Of a stretch of 64,000 bases of DNA, positions 50,483-63,061 are shown in pieces. Origin of the DNA: an uncultured bacterium. GTDB lineage: Bacteria; Babelota; Babeliae; Babelales; Babelaceae. The stretch covers positions 192,001 through 256,000 of the forward strand of contig CAWKFG010000001.1 of NCBI GenBank assembly GCA_963848965.1. Reading direction: 5' to 3'. Within the stretch, counting starts at the first letter, position 1. The number at the start of each line of letters is the position of its first letter. The position numbers and the translations under genes were made by a program. The notes under the pieces are model-generated. The model was not told where the DNA came from. It did no database searches and worked only from the letters and a program-made list of their open reading frames with translations.

Positions 50483-51433
50483 TTGAAATAAACTGCTTGT
50501 CTTTGACAAGTGACCATGTAGGATGCATACGATGTGAGCCTGGACCGGGCCTATGCAAAAAACGAATTATTTCGTTAAAGAAGGGGTTAGTGGGAGTGAA
50601 GGGGACATTGGCTCTGCAGAGCCAGAGCACAAGAATGCGAGGGTACAAAAATGGATCAAAGGAAAAAAACTTTTCCTTATCAAGCCATAGCCGTCCCTCG
50701 CGCATGTGCGCCATAGTATCAAATGCTTTTTGAGCACAGTTCTCTAAAAAATCATCTGTTTCTTGAATATTCTTAAGTGTACTTAAAAAAGTTGTATCAA
50801 ATCTTTTATCACACTGCCTCAATGCTGGCAATAAAATATGGCGTATTCTATTGCGTAAATAGCTTTCAAGCATATTAGTGTAATCTTCTTTGTAGGCAAG
50901 GTTATGCTCTTTAAGATATTCTAGAATCTGTGCTTTTGTAACAGACAAAAGAGGGCGGATATACATACCTGCTTTAGGTCTCATACTTGCAAGGCCTGCA
51001 ATACTTGCTCCTCGAATAAAGCGTATAAAAAACGTTTCTTGTTGATCATCATAATGATGGCCCAGTGCTATAGCTTGAGCTCCATACTCTTGAGCTACAG
51101 ATTCTAAAAAGCAGCGCCGTAACATGCGGCCCAGCTCTTCTTGAGAGCCCTGTGGTACTTTTTCAAGCGTAATACTTGAAGCTTTTGTACTTACAAAAGG
51201 GATGCCAAGCTGCTCTGCAAAGTCAGCACAAAAGAGTGCATCTTCATGAGATTCTTTGCGCCATTCATGATCTAAGTGAGCCGCAATGAGCTTGAGGTGA
51301 TACTGATCCTTGAGAGTAAAAAGTATATGCAAAAGGCATACAGAGTCAGGACCACCAGAAAGCCCCACAACTACAGTAGTGTGGGGCTTTAAAAGATTAT
51401 GTTTATCTATATGAGCAGTGATTGAAGAAAGCA

Positions 51434-51434
<1 letters not shown>
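50469..51434 (-). CDS. tilS: tRNA(Ile)-lysidine synthetase
   Basis: GLSGGPDS, AHLDHEWR, LGHHYDDQQET, IRPLL, RNRIRH. Confidence 0.95.
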
Positions 51435-53887
<2,453 letters not shown>

Positions 53888-54078
53888 TTAGCCATTTTTT
53901 ACGATCCTATTTATTGTATAATTGTACACCAAAATCGTTTTTTTTTCAAGCTCGATCGTATAAAGCACACTATGCTTTCTTGAGGACTCTTTTAAGCACA
54001 GTTTTTGATCAAAAAAATTTACATTTTGAATTAAATAGTGTATGCTTAGGAGTAGGAACTAACAAAAGGAGATACCCA

Positions 54079-54504
54079 ATGGTAACTATTCCTGAGGTAA
54101 CGGCACAAGCTATTATCAATTATTGTGGTAAAAAGATGTATTATTCAGGTAAACAGTTTTTAGGCTCTAAAACTTTCTATCTTTTCTATAGGGAGTGGAT
54201 GGTGCTTAAAGGTGTATGTGAAGGAACATCTAATCCAAGTTATTTTGTAAAAATAGTGTTTGATGAAAGAGGGATTATTCAAGCATCATGCACCTGCTAT
54301 TATAATAAATTTTACCCATGCAAGCATATAGCAGCTTTGCTTATGCTGTGGCACCAAAATCCAGCTACATTTCCTGAAAGGACCCAATGGATGCGCTTGC
54401 TTAAAAAGGCTCCTAAAAAGGATCTTGTAGCACTTATTGAGAAGATGATTGACCTCTATCCTGATACCAGTGATACGTATAGCTCTCTGATAGGACAATC
54501 ATAA
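54079..54504 (+). CDS. SWIM zinc-finger protein
   Basis: ASCTC......CKHIAAL. AAGGAG precedes ATG 54079. Confidence 0.8.
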   Translation: MVTIPEVTAQAIINYCGKKMYYSGKQFLGSKTFYLFYREWMVLKGVCEGTSNPSYFVKIVFDERGIIQASCTCYYNKFYPCKHIAALLMLWHQNPATFPERTQWMRLLKKAPKKDLVALIEKMIDLYPDTSDTYSSLIGQS

Positions 54505-54517
54505 ACGTTTGTGCCAT

Positions 54518-54979
54518 ATGAAGCATGATGAGCATTATATGCGTTATGCGCTTGCTTTAGCGCAGAAAGCATACGAAAAAAATGAGATTCCCATTGGGGC
54601 ACTTGTAGTAGCAAGTGATGGTACTATCATAGGCCGTGGCTATAATACAACAGAGCATGATTATACACAAAGAAGTCATGCTGAAATAAAGGCTCTGGCA
54701 CAAGCTGGTAAAAAGTTGAAAGATTGGCGTCTTGATGGCTGTACGCTCTATGTAACTGTACAACCGTGCTTTATGTGTATAGGGCTTATATATCTGAGTC
54801 GTATAGAGCGGTTAGTATATGGAGCAGAATCTCCTCTTTTTGGCTATCCTCTTGACAATCAAAGTGCGCCTGATTTATACAAGAAACATATTAAAGGAAT
54901 AACGAGTGGGGTACTCGCTTATGAGGCGCAAACAATTTTAAAAGATTTTTTTAAAAAAAAGAGGAAGTCCGGTGAGTAA
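54518..54979 (+). CDS. tadA: tRNA adenosine deaminase
   Basis: EIPIGA, HAE, WRL..CTLYVT.QPCFMC. Confidence 0.9.
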   Translation: MKHDEHYMRYALALAQKAYEKNEIPIGALVVASDGTIIGRGYNTTEHDYTQRSHAEIKALAQAGKKLKDWRLDGCTLYVTVQPCFMCIGLIYLSRIERLVYGAESPLFGYPLDNQSAPDLYKKHIKGITSGVLAYEAQTILKDFFKKKRKSGE

Positions 54980-55310
54980 CATACAAGCAATTAAAGAGCG
55001 TCTTTTAACTCGTAAAGCAGAGTTAGAGGAACAGCTCGCCCAACTATATAGAGAGCAAGTAACCGACACTGCGGTTCCAGATACTGGTGATCAGGCGCTA
55101 TCTTCTACAATAGAAGATATCCGTATTTCTCTTCATGATAATGAGCTAAATGAATACAACATGATCGTAAAAGCTCTTGAGCGAATTGAAAACGGAACAT
55201 ATGGAGTCTGTATTGAGTGTGGTAATCCTATTTCTGAAAAACGGTTAGCGCTTTTTCCTAATGCAACGCGGTGTCTTGCTTGTCAAGAAGCTCTTGAAGA
55301 GGGTAAGTAG
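54972..55310 (+). CDS. DksA/TraR C4-type zinc-finger protein
   Basis: DTGDQA tip motif, ALERIENGTYGVCIECGNPISEKRL...CLACQ. Confidence 0.9.
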   Translation: MSNIQAIKERLLTRKAELEEQLAQLYREQVTDTAVPDTGDQALSSTIEDIRISLHDNELNEYNMIVKALERIENGTYGVCIECGNPISEKRLALFPNATRCLACQEALEEGK

Positions 55311-55364
55311 TAAAAGCAAAGTTGTATATTTTGCGCTCTATGCTATACTAAATGCATGAGGAGC

Positions 55365-55439
55365 GCCGATGTAGCTCAGTGGTAGAGCAACTGATTCGTA
55401 ATCAGTAGGCCGTCGGTTCAAATCCGATCATCGGCTCCA
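55365..55439 (+). tRNA. tRNA-Thr (CGT)
   Basis: GCCGATG/CATCGGC acceptor stem, ACTGA-TTCGTAA-TCAGT anticodon arm, GGTTCAAATCC T-arm, encoded CCA. Confidence 0.97.
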
Positions 55440-55478
55440 GAGGTACAATGTATTTTTAAGTATAAGGTTCAATATTCT

Positions 55479-55910
55479 ATGAAAAAAGAAGCTAAAAAGA
55501 CAGAGAAGGCTCCAGTAGCAGCTTCTCTTGCACATGGTGTAGGGCGCCGTAAATCTGCTGTTGCTCGCGTATGGCTTAAGCGTGGTAAAGGTGCAGTAAC
55601 CATAAACGATAAAGATTACGCAAATTACTTTGATACTGATATTACGCGTACTGCAGCGGTTCTTCCTCTAAAGGTATATCCGCAAGCAGCAACGTTGTAT
55701 GATATACAAGCAAATGTTTCTGGTGGCGGTCTTTCTGCTCAAGCAGATGCAGTTAAGCTTGGTATTGCGCGTGCACTTTTAGAAATTAATGAAGATATTC
55801 GTTCTCTTCTTCGTCAACATGATCTTTTGACGGTAGATTCACGTATTAAAGAACGTAAAAAATATGGTCAAAAGGCAGCTCGTCGTAAATTCCAATTCGT
55901 AAAACGTTAA
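55479..55910 (+). CDS. rpsI: 30S ribosomal protein S9
   Basis: GRRKSAVARV, GGGLSAQADA, ERKKYG..ARRKFQFVKR. Confidence 0.98.
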   Translation: MKKEAKKTEKAPVAASLAHGVGRRKSAVARVWLKRGKGAVTINDKDYANYFDTDITRTAAVLPLKVYPQAATLYDIQANVSGGGLSAQADAVKLGIARALLEINEDIRSLLRQHDLLTVDSRIKERKKYGQKAARRKFQFVKR

Positions 55911-55917
55911 TATATAC

Positions 55918-55945
55918 AAGCCCTTCTGGTTCGCTGGAAGGGCTT
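55918..55945 (+). terminator. Hairpin terminator after rpsI
   Basis: AAGCCCTTC...GAAGGGCTT. Confidence 0.65.
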
Positions 55946-56024
55946 ATGTCTTGCTTTGCGCAGGAGTATACGGTATACTTCTGGAAAAATGCTTAACCCA
56001 TAACGTGAGCTTAAGGGGACTACT

Positions 56025-57869
56025 ATGTGTAGCGTTGTTGGATATGTAGGAAAAAGTTTAAGTAGAGCCTATGTTATGGAAGGTCTTACCCGCCTTGAAT
56101 ACCGAGGGTATGATTCTGCAGGATTTGCCTGCTTACATCCACAAGATAACAAAGTTATCTACACAAAATCTCAAGGGGGCGTATCTAATCTTCTTAAAAA
56201 TTTTGAAAAAGCGCCGATTGATGGCCATTTAGGTGTAGGACATACACGATGGTCAACACACGGTATTATCTCTACAGAGAACGCTCATCCTCATTTTGAT
56301 TGCCATAAGACAATCTCAGTAGTACATAATGGTATCATTGAAAATTATCATGAGCTCAAGAAAAAGTTACAAGCAGAAGGGCATATATTTCATTCTCAAA
56401 CAGATACAGAGACAGTTGCTCATCTGTTTGAATCTATTCTTTCTACCGTAAAAGATCTAAAAAGCGCTGTGGTAAAACTGGCAAGTAAACTTGAAGGAGC
56501 CTATGCCTTTGCCTTTTTAATGCAAAAGTATCCTGATACTATGCTTTTAGTGCGTAAACGGTCACCGTTATGTATAGGACAGGGTGACGAAGAGATGTTT
56601 GTCTCTTCAGACATTCTTGCTTTTGCAGGAAAAACAAATAAATTACTTTTTATGCCAGAAGAAAGCTTTGCTTTGGTAAAAAAAGACAAAGTTGAACTCT
56701 ATGACTTTAAAGGCAATCCATTACCGCTCAACTTTCAAATTGTTGATATTCCGTGGACAGGAGATCTTAAGCAGGGGTATGAACACTTTATGCTCAAAGA
56801 AATTCATGAGCAAAAGAGAGTTATTCAAGATACTGTGTACAAGCTCCGTGGATTACAGCACCACCTTTGGAACCAAATGGGCTTATCAGTGCAAGAAGTA
56901 CGTGATTTAAGCTCTTTAACGCTTATTGGGTGCGGTACTTCCTATCATGCAGCTCGGGTTGCACAGTTCTTTTTTGAAACGATTGCTCGTATTCCAACAC
57001 AAGTGCATTTAGCATCTGAGTTTCGTCATATGCCATTTTTTGCACAACGAAATACCTTGAGCATTGCTATATCTCAATCAGGAGAAACTGCAGATACGCT
57101 CGAGGGAATTCGCTTTTTAAATGCTCATGATGTGCCAACAGTAGCGCTTATTAACGTAGCTTCAAGTACTATGGCTCGTGAAGCACAGGGCTATGTGCTT
57201 ACGCATGCAGGTCCTGAAGTTGCTGTTGCATCAACCAAGGCCTTCTCTGCTCAAATTGCTGCGCTCTATTGGCTTGCTCATCGTATTGCTTTAGAAAAGG
57301 GTCTTATTACAACTAAAAAGCTTGAACTAGCAGAAGAAGAGCTGTTTGTAGCAGCTGAGGTATTAAATACCTGTATTGAGCAATATAAGCGCGATATTAT
57401 GCAAACGGTAGCTCCTCGCTATGCAACCTACAAGCAAACGATTTTCTTAGGAAGACATTTGAGTTATCCCTTTGCTTTAGAAGCTGCTTTAAAGCTCAAG
57501 GAAATTGCCTATATTTTTGCAGAATCATATCCTTCAGCTGAATTAAAGCATGGCCCTCTTGCTTTGGTAGATGCTCAAACGCCAGTATTTCTTTTCTCAT
57601 TGCTTGATCCTGCAGTATATCCAAAGCTTGTTTCTAATGCTCAAGAGGTAAAAGCGCGCTTAGGACACCTTGTAGTATTTGCTTTTGAAGGACAAACAGA
57701 GCTCATAGAGCTTGCAGATTATGCATTTATTATTCCTCGAGTACAGCCACTGCTTGCTCCTTTGGCTATGACTGGAATTACACAATTTTTAACTTACCAA
57801 ATAGCGAAGGTGCTTGAAAGACCAATTGATAAGCCGCGTAATTTGGCTAAGTCTCTGACGGTTGAATAA
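56025..57869 (+). CDS. glmS: Glutamine--fructose-6-phosphate aminotransferase
   Basis: N-terminal MC, LEYRGYDSAG, GHTRWSTHG, SQSGETADT, PRNLAKSLTVE. Confidence 0.97.
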   Translation: MCSVVGYVGKSLSRAYVMEGLTRLEYRGYDSAGFACLHPQDNKVIYTKSQGGVSNLLKNFEKAPIDGHLGVGHTRWSTHGIISTENAHPHFDCHKTISVVHNGIIENYHELKKKLQAEGHIFHSQTDTETVAHLFESILSTVKDLKSAVVKLASKLEGAYAFAFLMQKYPDTMLLVRKRSPLCIGQGDEEMFVSSDILAFAGKTNKLLFMPEESFALVKKDKVELYDFKGNPLPLNFQIVDIPWTGDLKQGYEHFMLKEIHEQKRVIQDTVYKLRGLQHHLWNQMGLSVQEVRDLSSLTLIGCGTSYHAARVAQFFFETIARIPTQVHLASEFRHMPFFAQRNTLSIAISQSGETADTLEGIRFLNAHDVPTVALINVASSTMAREAQGYVLTHAGPEVAVASTKAFSAQIAALYWLAHRIALEKGLITTKKLELAEEELFVAAEVLNTCIEQYKRDIMQTVAPRYATYKQTIFLGRHLSYPFALEAALKLKEIAYIFAESYPSAELKHGPLALVDAQTPVFLFSLLDPAVYPKLVSNAQEVKARLGHLVVFAFEGQTELIELADYAFIIPRVQPLLAPLAMTGITQFLTYQIAKVLERPIDKPRNLAKSLTVE

Positions 57870-57950
57870 AGACTTTTTATAGCTTAACTGAGAAAATTAA
57901 GTACGTGTAGATAGAAAGGCATAAGCAATGTGCTATCTTGTACTTCTCTG

Positions 57951-59612
57951 CTAATAAGCACGTTCTGTATAGTATTTATAAAATTCTCGCAAAAGTTCTT
58001 GAGGAAGCAGAATAAGAAGGCCAACAAAATCTCTATACTGAAAAATCTCTTTTTCTTCTAAATTGGGTAACGTAGTATTTCCCTCTTCTACTGGCTCTGT
58101 CTGTATATCTTTAATAGTCTCTACTGCTTTGTGGGTTCCATTTTTAAGCAGAGGGCCTAATTTATTATTTCTTATATCTAAGTTCTTTAAATTGGCTAAT
58201 GTGGCCATTACTAGCAATGGAAGAACTGTTATCTGGTTATTGCTTAGTTTAAGATCTTTTAAATTTTTAAGGGCAGTTATAGTATGCGGTATCTGTGTTA
58301 TGTTATTGCTTGAAAGATTGAGTTCTTTAAGCTTTGTAAGAATAGTTAGATATGAAGGTATTTCTTTTAGCATATTACCTTCAAGATTAAGCTCTTCTAA
58401 ATTACTAAGGACAGTGAGGGCCTCTGGTACTTTTGTTATTTTGTTATGCGCAAGATCAACTTTTGCCACATAAATAGGCAGTAGAGTTTCAAGAGAATTA
58501 GTAAGCGAATTATGTCTTAGTATAAGGCCGTGTAATTTTATAGTAAGCGGTAGATACTTTATCGGGTTTCCAGAAAGATCAAGTCGAGGGTAATTAACTG
58601 CACCTGTAGCTAATTGAAAGTTCTGAGGAACTGTTTGAATGTTGTTATCAGAAAGGTTGAGCCACTCAAGCTTAGGATATGAACTTTGAGGAATTTCTGT
58701 TATCTGATTATGAGAAAGGTTCAGATCAAAAAGATTAGTTAAGAGGGTTAGGTAATGCGGTATATGCGTAATTTTATTCTGTGCCAATTCTAGTGTTCTT
58801 AATTGAGCTAGGGCTGTTATATCTTCTGGTATCTGAGCTATGTGATGGTTACTAAGACGAAGAAACCATAAATTAGTAAGAGCTGTAATGATATGGTGAG
58901 GGATCTCTGTTATTTTAATACCTATGTTGGACAAAGAGAGAGCTTTAAGGTGAGTGAGTATACGTATATATTGAGGAATCTCAGTTATAGGATTATGTGC
59001 AAGATCGAGCGCTCCTAGATTAGTAAAAAGAGTTAGATGTTCAGGGATTTCTGTTAGCTTATTACTTTTAACCTGAAGCTGTTTTAAGCAAAGAGGTAAA
59101 TTATGAGATATCTTTGATAAGTGATTATATGAAAGACAAAGTTGTACAAGGTGAGTGAACGCGGTTAAGTGTGCAGGTAATTCTGTTATATTATTTTTTG
59201 CTAGATCAAGTATTTTAAGGGTAGGATGAGTAGATAAAGCTTCCGGTATACTGTTTATGTTATTGTTTACAAGAGCAAGCATTTTAAGACTGGATGGCAA
59301 TTTGTGCTCTACTGTTGTTATGCTATTGTTTGAAAGCTCTAGGTTTTCGAGCTTACTAAGCTTTGTTAAAAACAATGGTAGTTGGGTTATTTTATTTTTA
59401 CTACAATCAAGCAACTTAAGATTTGTAAGAGTAGTTATTTGATCGGGTATTTCTGTTAACTGCAAATCTACTAGGTAAAGTATGCTATCTACTTGCTGTA
59501 TTTTGTTCATAACAGCGTGTGGTTTTGAGGAAGAATCCTTCTCCATAGCTGAAAGGTGAAAACCAAAAATTGTAGATAAGCTGAATGTTAAACATAATAA
59601 TGAACGTATCAT
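57951..59612 (-). CDS. Secreted leucine-rich-repeat protein
   Basis: Signal peptide, about 19 LRRs, C-terminal LLPQELLREF motif. Confidence 0.9.
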   Translation of the reverse strand: MIRSLLCLTFSLSTIFGFHLSAMEKDSSSKPHAVMNKIQQVDSILYLVDLQLTEIPDQITTLTNLKLLDCSKNKITQLPLFLTKLSKLENLELSNNSITTVEHKLPSSLKMLALVNNNINSIPEALSTHPTLKILDLAKNNITELPAHLTAFTHLVQLCLSYNHLSKISHNLPLCLKQLQVKSNKLTEIPEHLTLFTNLGALDLAHNPITEIPQYIRILTHLKALSLSNIGIKITEIPHHIITALTNLWFLRLSNHHIAQIPEDITALAQLRTLELAQNKITHIPHYLTLLTNLFDLNLSHNQITEIPQSSYPKLEWLNLSDNNIQTVPQNFQLATGAVNYPRLDLSGNPIKYLPLTIKLHGLILRHNSLTNSLETLLPIYVAKVDLAHNKITKVPEALTVLSNLEELNLEGNMLKEIPSYLTILTKLKELNLSSNNITQIPHTITALKNLKDLKLSNNQITVLPLLVMATLANLKNLDIRNNKLGPLLKNGTHKAVETIKDIQTEPVEEGNTTLPNLEEKEIFQYRDFVGLLILLPQELLREFYKYYTERAY

Positions 59613-59742
59613 AATACCTCTCTATAAAATAAATTTTTTATTTTTATAATTATATCATTTAAATTATACAAATCAAAATTACTATTAAAATATAAACTTA
59701 TAAATTGTTTTTTACAGCACAGTTATCTGATTTTTAAAAAGG

Positions 59743-61296
59743 TTAATTAAGAGGCTCTATATGCCAATTTAGTGCAAGCTTTTTCTGTTTCTTTTTAAAT
59801 GAAAGACCAACAAGAACGATGTGCTTGTTGGTAAGCATATATCGTTCATAGTATTTTTGTTCTTTGATTTGTTTTAGCGCATTTCCTGCATCTGTGTTGA
59901 ACTTTAGTTCAAAAATATATACATGTGTTTTGGTTATGGCGACTGAATCAATTCTTCCTTTATCGGTAAGCACTTCGGAGTATGATTCAAGTGGCAGAAG
60001 GCTAAATATGAGTTGCAAGAGAGAATGATAATAGCTTTCTTTATCAATATGCAGCGTATAAGGTATATGAGCAAAAAGTGCTTGAAGATGAGAACAAAAA
60101 GCATCGATATTATTTTCATAGAGCACTGTAGAAAGCTTAAAAAGAGTAGTATCAACGGTAACTGGGTTAGTTTCAGAAAGCGCTGCTACAATATGTTTTT
60201 TCAAGGATTCTTCAACTTCAAGGTTAGGGTATCCAAGCTTATAGTTTCTTGATACTGGATTGTAATCGGTAATGGTAAGATAACCAGCTTGAAAAAGAAG
60301 AGGTACGAGCGGGATATTTGAAAGATTAAAAGTGCCTAAGCTATCTGCACTGATTTCTGCTTCTTGAAGATCGGGTAAGGCCTGATATTGGTTTTTAAAA
60401 AGGTTAATAAGAAAAGAAGGAGTACCAGATGCAAACCAGTAGTTTGCTAATTTCTTTTTATACAAGTAGTAAAGAATAGAAAATGGATTATATACTTTGG
60501 TTTCTTCTTCTGAGAATCGATAACCATTATACCACTGTTTCATTATATGAAGAACTTCTTGTGCTTGTATATTTTGTTCTTGGGCTACTTCATTAATATA
60601 GTCAGGAAAATAGCTATCTATCTCTTCTTGAGTATACCCTAATAATTGAGCGGCTTCTTTATCTAAAGAAATATCATTAAGATTATTGATACCAGAAAAG
60701 ATAGAAGTTTTTGAAAATTTGCTTACTCCGGTAACAAAAATTGCATGCAAATGATCATCCATACCCTTTAAAACGTCATAAAAAGTTTTGAGAAATTCTC
60801 GTTGAACTTCAGCTCTTTTTACATCCTTGATATGATCTAGGAGAGGTTTATCATATTCGTCAACAAGAATAACAACTCTATTTTTTTCGGCGAGCTTTTC
60901 AATAAGTGTTGAAAATTTGTCTTGAGGGGTAGGAGCTTTTGAAATACTAATCTCATATTTTTCAGCAATTTTTTTAAGATTCCATGAAAGGCTCAGCTTT
61001 AGTTCCGGTACTGTTTCATGGGCTATAACAGAAAAATCAAGGTGAATAACAGGATGGGTATCCCATGTATAATTGCTTTTATAAATCCAAAGATCTTTGA
61101 ATAACTCTTTATTGCCTAAAAATAGCTCCTTAAGTGTTGAAATAAGAAGCGATTTACCAAATCTTCGTGGCCGTGATAAAAAATAATAGCGCCCTTGAGT
61201 AACTATATTATAGATGTATTTGGTTTTATCTACATAGAGGTAATTGTAGTCAACCATGGTTTTAAAAGTACTAACATCTATAGGTAACTTTTTCAT
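59743..61296 (-). CDS. AAA-ATPase-like / PD-(D/E)XK nuclease protein
   Basis: SRPRRFGKSL, LVDEYDKP, WYNGYRF, ESYYHS, GRID..YIFELK. Confidence 0.9.
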   Translation of the reverse strand: MKKLPIDVSTFKTMVDYNYLYVDKTKYIYNIVTQGRYYFLSRPRRFGKSLLISTLKELFLGNKELFKDLWIYKSNYTWDTHPVIHLDFSVIAHETVPELKLSLSWNLKKIAEKYEISISKAPTPQDKFSTLIEKLAEKNRVVILVDEYDKPLLDHIKDVKRAEVQREFLKTFYDVLKGMDDHLHAIFVTGVSKFSKTSIFSGINNLNDISLDKEAAQLLGYTQEEIDSYFPDYINEVAQEQNIQAQEVLHIMKQWYNGYRFSEEETKVYNPFSILYYLYKKKLANYWFASGTPSFLINLFKNQYQALPDLQEAEISADSLGTFNLSNIPLVPLLFQAGYLTITDYNPVSRNYKLGYPNLEVEESLKKHIVAALSETNPVTVDTTLFKLSTVLYENNIDAFCSHLQALFAHIPYTLHIDKESYYHSLLQLIFSLLPLESYSEVLTDKGRIDSVAITKTHVYIFELKFNTDAGNALKQIKEQKYYERYMLTNKHIVLVGLSFKKKQKKLALNWHIEPLN

Positions 61297-61412
61297 TGAT
61301 AACTCCGCTAGGGCGACTATTGAGTACTTAATGCTACAATTTAAAAAATAAGTACATTTTCAGTATATCAAAAGCTGAAAGAAAGTCCCAAAATAGGTAA
61401 ATCTTTATGGTA

Positions 61413-62852
61413 TTACTTTATTTCTTCTAATTCCATAGTATGTGGAATACTATAGTTCTTTTCTAGCCATTTACGTGCTTTTTCATGAGTGCTTACATTT
61501 TGAGGAAAGCGGCGAAGAGCTATATCAAGAATCGAGATCATATTTAAGGCTGTTTGTACTTGATAGTCATTTTTAAATGCTTCTAATCGCTGTTTTTTCC
61601 AATCTTTTTGATCTTCCTGTGGTACTGTTGCTTCAGTATCCTCTTCATCTTTTGCTTTTTGTTGTCCTCGTTCTTTGCCATAAAGCTTGGTAAGAAGTTT
61701 CATTTCGGGAGTAGGGGGGTATTTTTGTTCAACAAGAAAGTCTGGAGTAATACCTGTTGAATGCACGCAGCTATCATCGGGCAGATAATACAGACAGGTA
61801 GTGATTTTAAGTGCGCAGTTGTTGCTCATAGGAATAACTTCTTGCACTGAGCCTTTGCCGTAGGTGGTAGTACCTACTAAAAATACATAAGGCGTAATAG
61901 CTCTCTGTTTACCGCTACTTTTTTGAGCATGAACATGGAGTGCTTTTGCAAGAATTTCTGCAGCTGATGCTGTATAGTCATTAACAAGTATAATAAGGAT
62001 AGTATCTTGTGGTAACAATGGTTGTCGTGTTGTATAAAATTGTTCAAGTACCATACGATTGCGATCTTTAGTAGAAGAAACGAGACTGCCTTTTTTAAGA
62101 AAGAGTCCTGCGCATTCAACTGCTGCATGCAGGATGCCGCCTGAGTTATCGCGTAGATCAAGGATAATACCTTTAGGATTTCTTGGCAGGGCTTTTTTAA
62201 GTGCGTTTTCAAGCTGTTGTGCTACTTGTTGACTAAATACAGTAAGAGAGCAGTAAAGTACATTCTGCTTTGGTAAATAGTAAGAGGTAATATGCTCTTC
62301 TTCAATAAGGTCACGCTCTACGGTAATGGTAAGAGCTCCTTTTTTATCACGTAAGATATCAAGCGTTACCGGAGAATACCGTTTATCGCTTTTTAATTTG
62401 TTTATTGCTTCTTCAACAGGCATAGAGCTTACTGGTTTGCCATCAATTGCTATGATTTTGTCGTATTTTTGTAATCCTTGTTTTGCAGCCGGCTTTCCTG
62501 GAATAACATCGAGAACCAGTAAGAATTCGTCTTCTGATCTCTTGGGCCCTAAAATAATACCGATACCAAAAAAGTTTCCTGTTGTTGTTTTGATAAGGCT
62601 CTTATATTCTTGCGGTCCTAGAAAATGAGAATAATCATCCTGATGATGTACAAAAGCATCAAGCAACTTGATCATTGCTTGTTCTACAGGAACAGGAAAA
62701 TAGGATTTATTGTTCACTAAATGAAATACCTCAGCCATTGAGCGAGACCAACGATAAATATCTTCATTAAATGTATTGCGCTCTAATGATTGAAAGTTTT
62801 TTGCATAAAGAGGTATTATTGCAAAAAAAAGAACAAAAATACTGTATTTCAT
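61413..62852 (-). CDS. S41 family C-terminal processing protease (CtpA/Prc-like)
   Basis: PDZ (GIGI), ILDLRDNSGG, TASAAEI, TYGKGSVQ, GITPD. Confidence 0.92.
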   Translation of the reverse strand: MKYSIFVLFFAIIPLYAKNFQSLERNTFNEDIYRWSRSMAEVFHLVNNKSYFPVPVEQAMIKLLDAFVHHQDDYSHFLGPQEYKSLIKTTTGNFFGIGIILGPKRSEDEFLLVLDVIPGKPAAKQGLQKYDKIIAIDGKPVSSMPVEEAINKLKSDKRYSPVTLDILRDKKGALTITVERDLIEEEHITSYYLPKQNVLYCSLTVFSQQVAQQLENALKKALPRNPKGIILDLRDNSGGILHAAVECAGLFLKKGSLVSSTKDRNRMVLEQFYTTRQPLLPQDTILIILVNDYTASAAEILAKALHVHAQKSSGKQRAITPYVFLVGTTTYGKGSVQEVIPMSNNCALKITTCLYYLPDDSCVHSTGITPDFLVEQKYPPTPEMKLLTKLYGKERGQQKAKDEEDTEATVPQEDQKDWKKQRLEAFKNDYQVQTALNMISILDIALRRFPQNVSTHEKARKWLEKNYSIPHTMELEEIK

Positions 62853-63061
62853 AGCACTCTCACTCTCCCATGTTTATTTTATTGTAGAATTATTGAGAGT
62901 GCTCTGTAAAGAGTTATTCTTTTGGTTGATGCTGTGAAAACAAATTGATTAACTATTTAGGGTATGCTACTTGCGCTAATTACTTTTGAAAGTCTTTACA
63001 CCTCTTTTTCAAGGGATATACTAAACAAAAATTCTTTGTTTATAACTTTAGGAAAGCCGTC

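Noticed and set aside
55911..56024. glmS ribozyme upstream of glmS
   Set aside because: The spacer is only about 114 bp, is partly occupied by the rpsI terminator, and shows no recognisable ribozyme core.
58063..58473. Antisense and alternate-frame short ORFs (this one, and 26213, 43109, 47035, 50197, 62326 and similar)
   Set aside because: They are shadows of well-supported genes on the other strand or frame, often caused by repeat periodicity.
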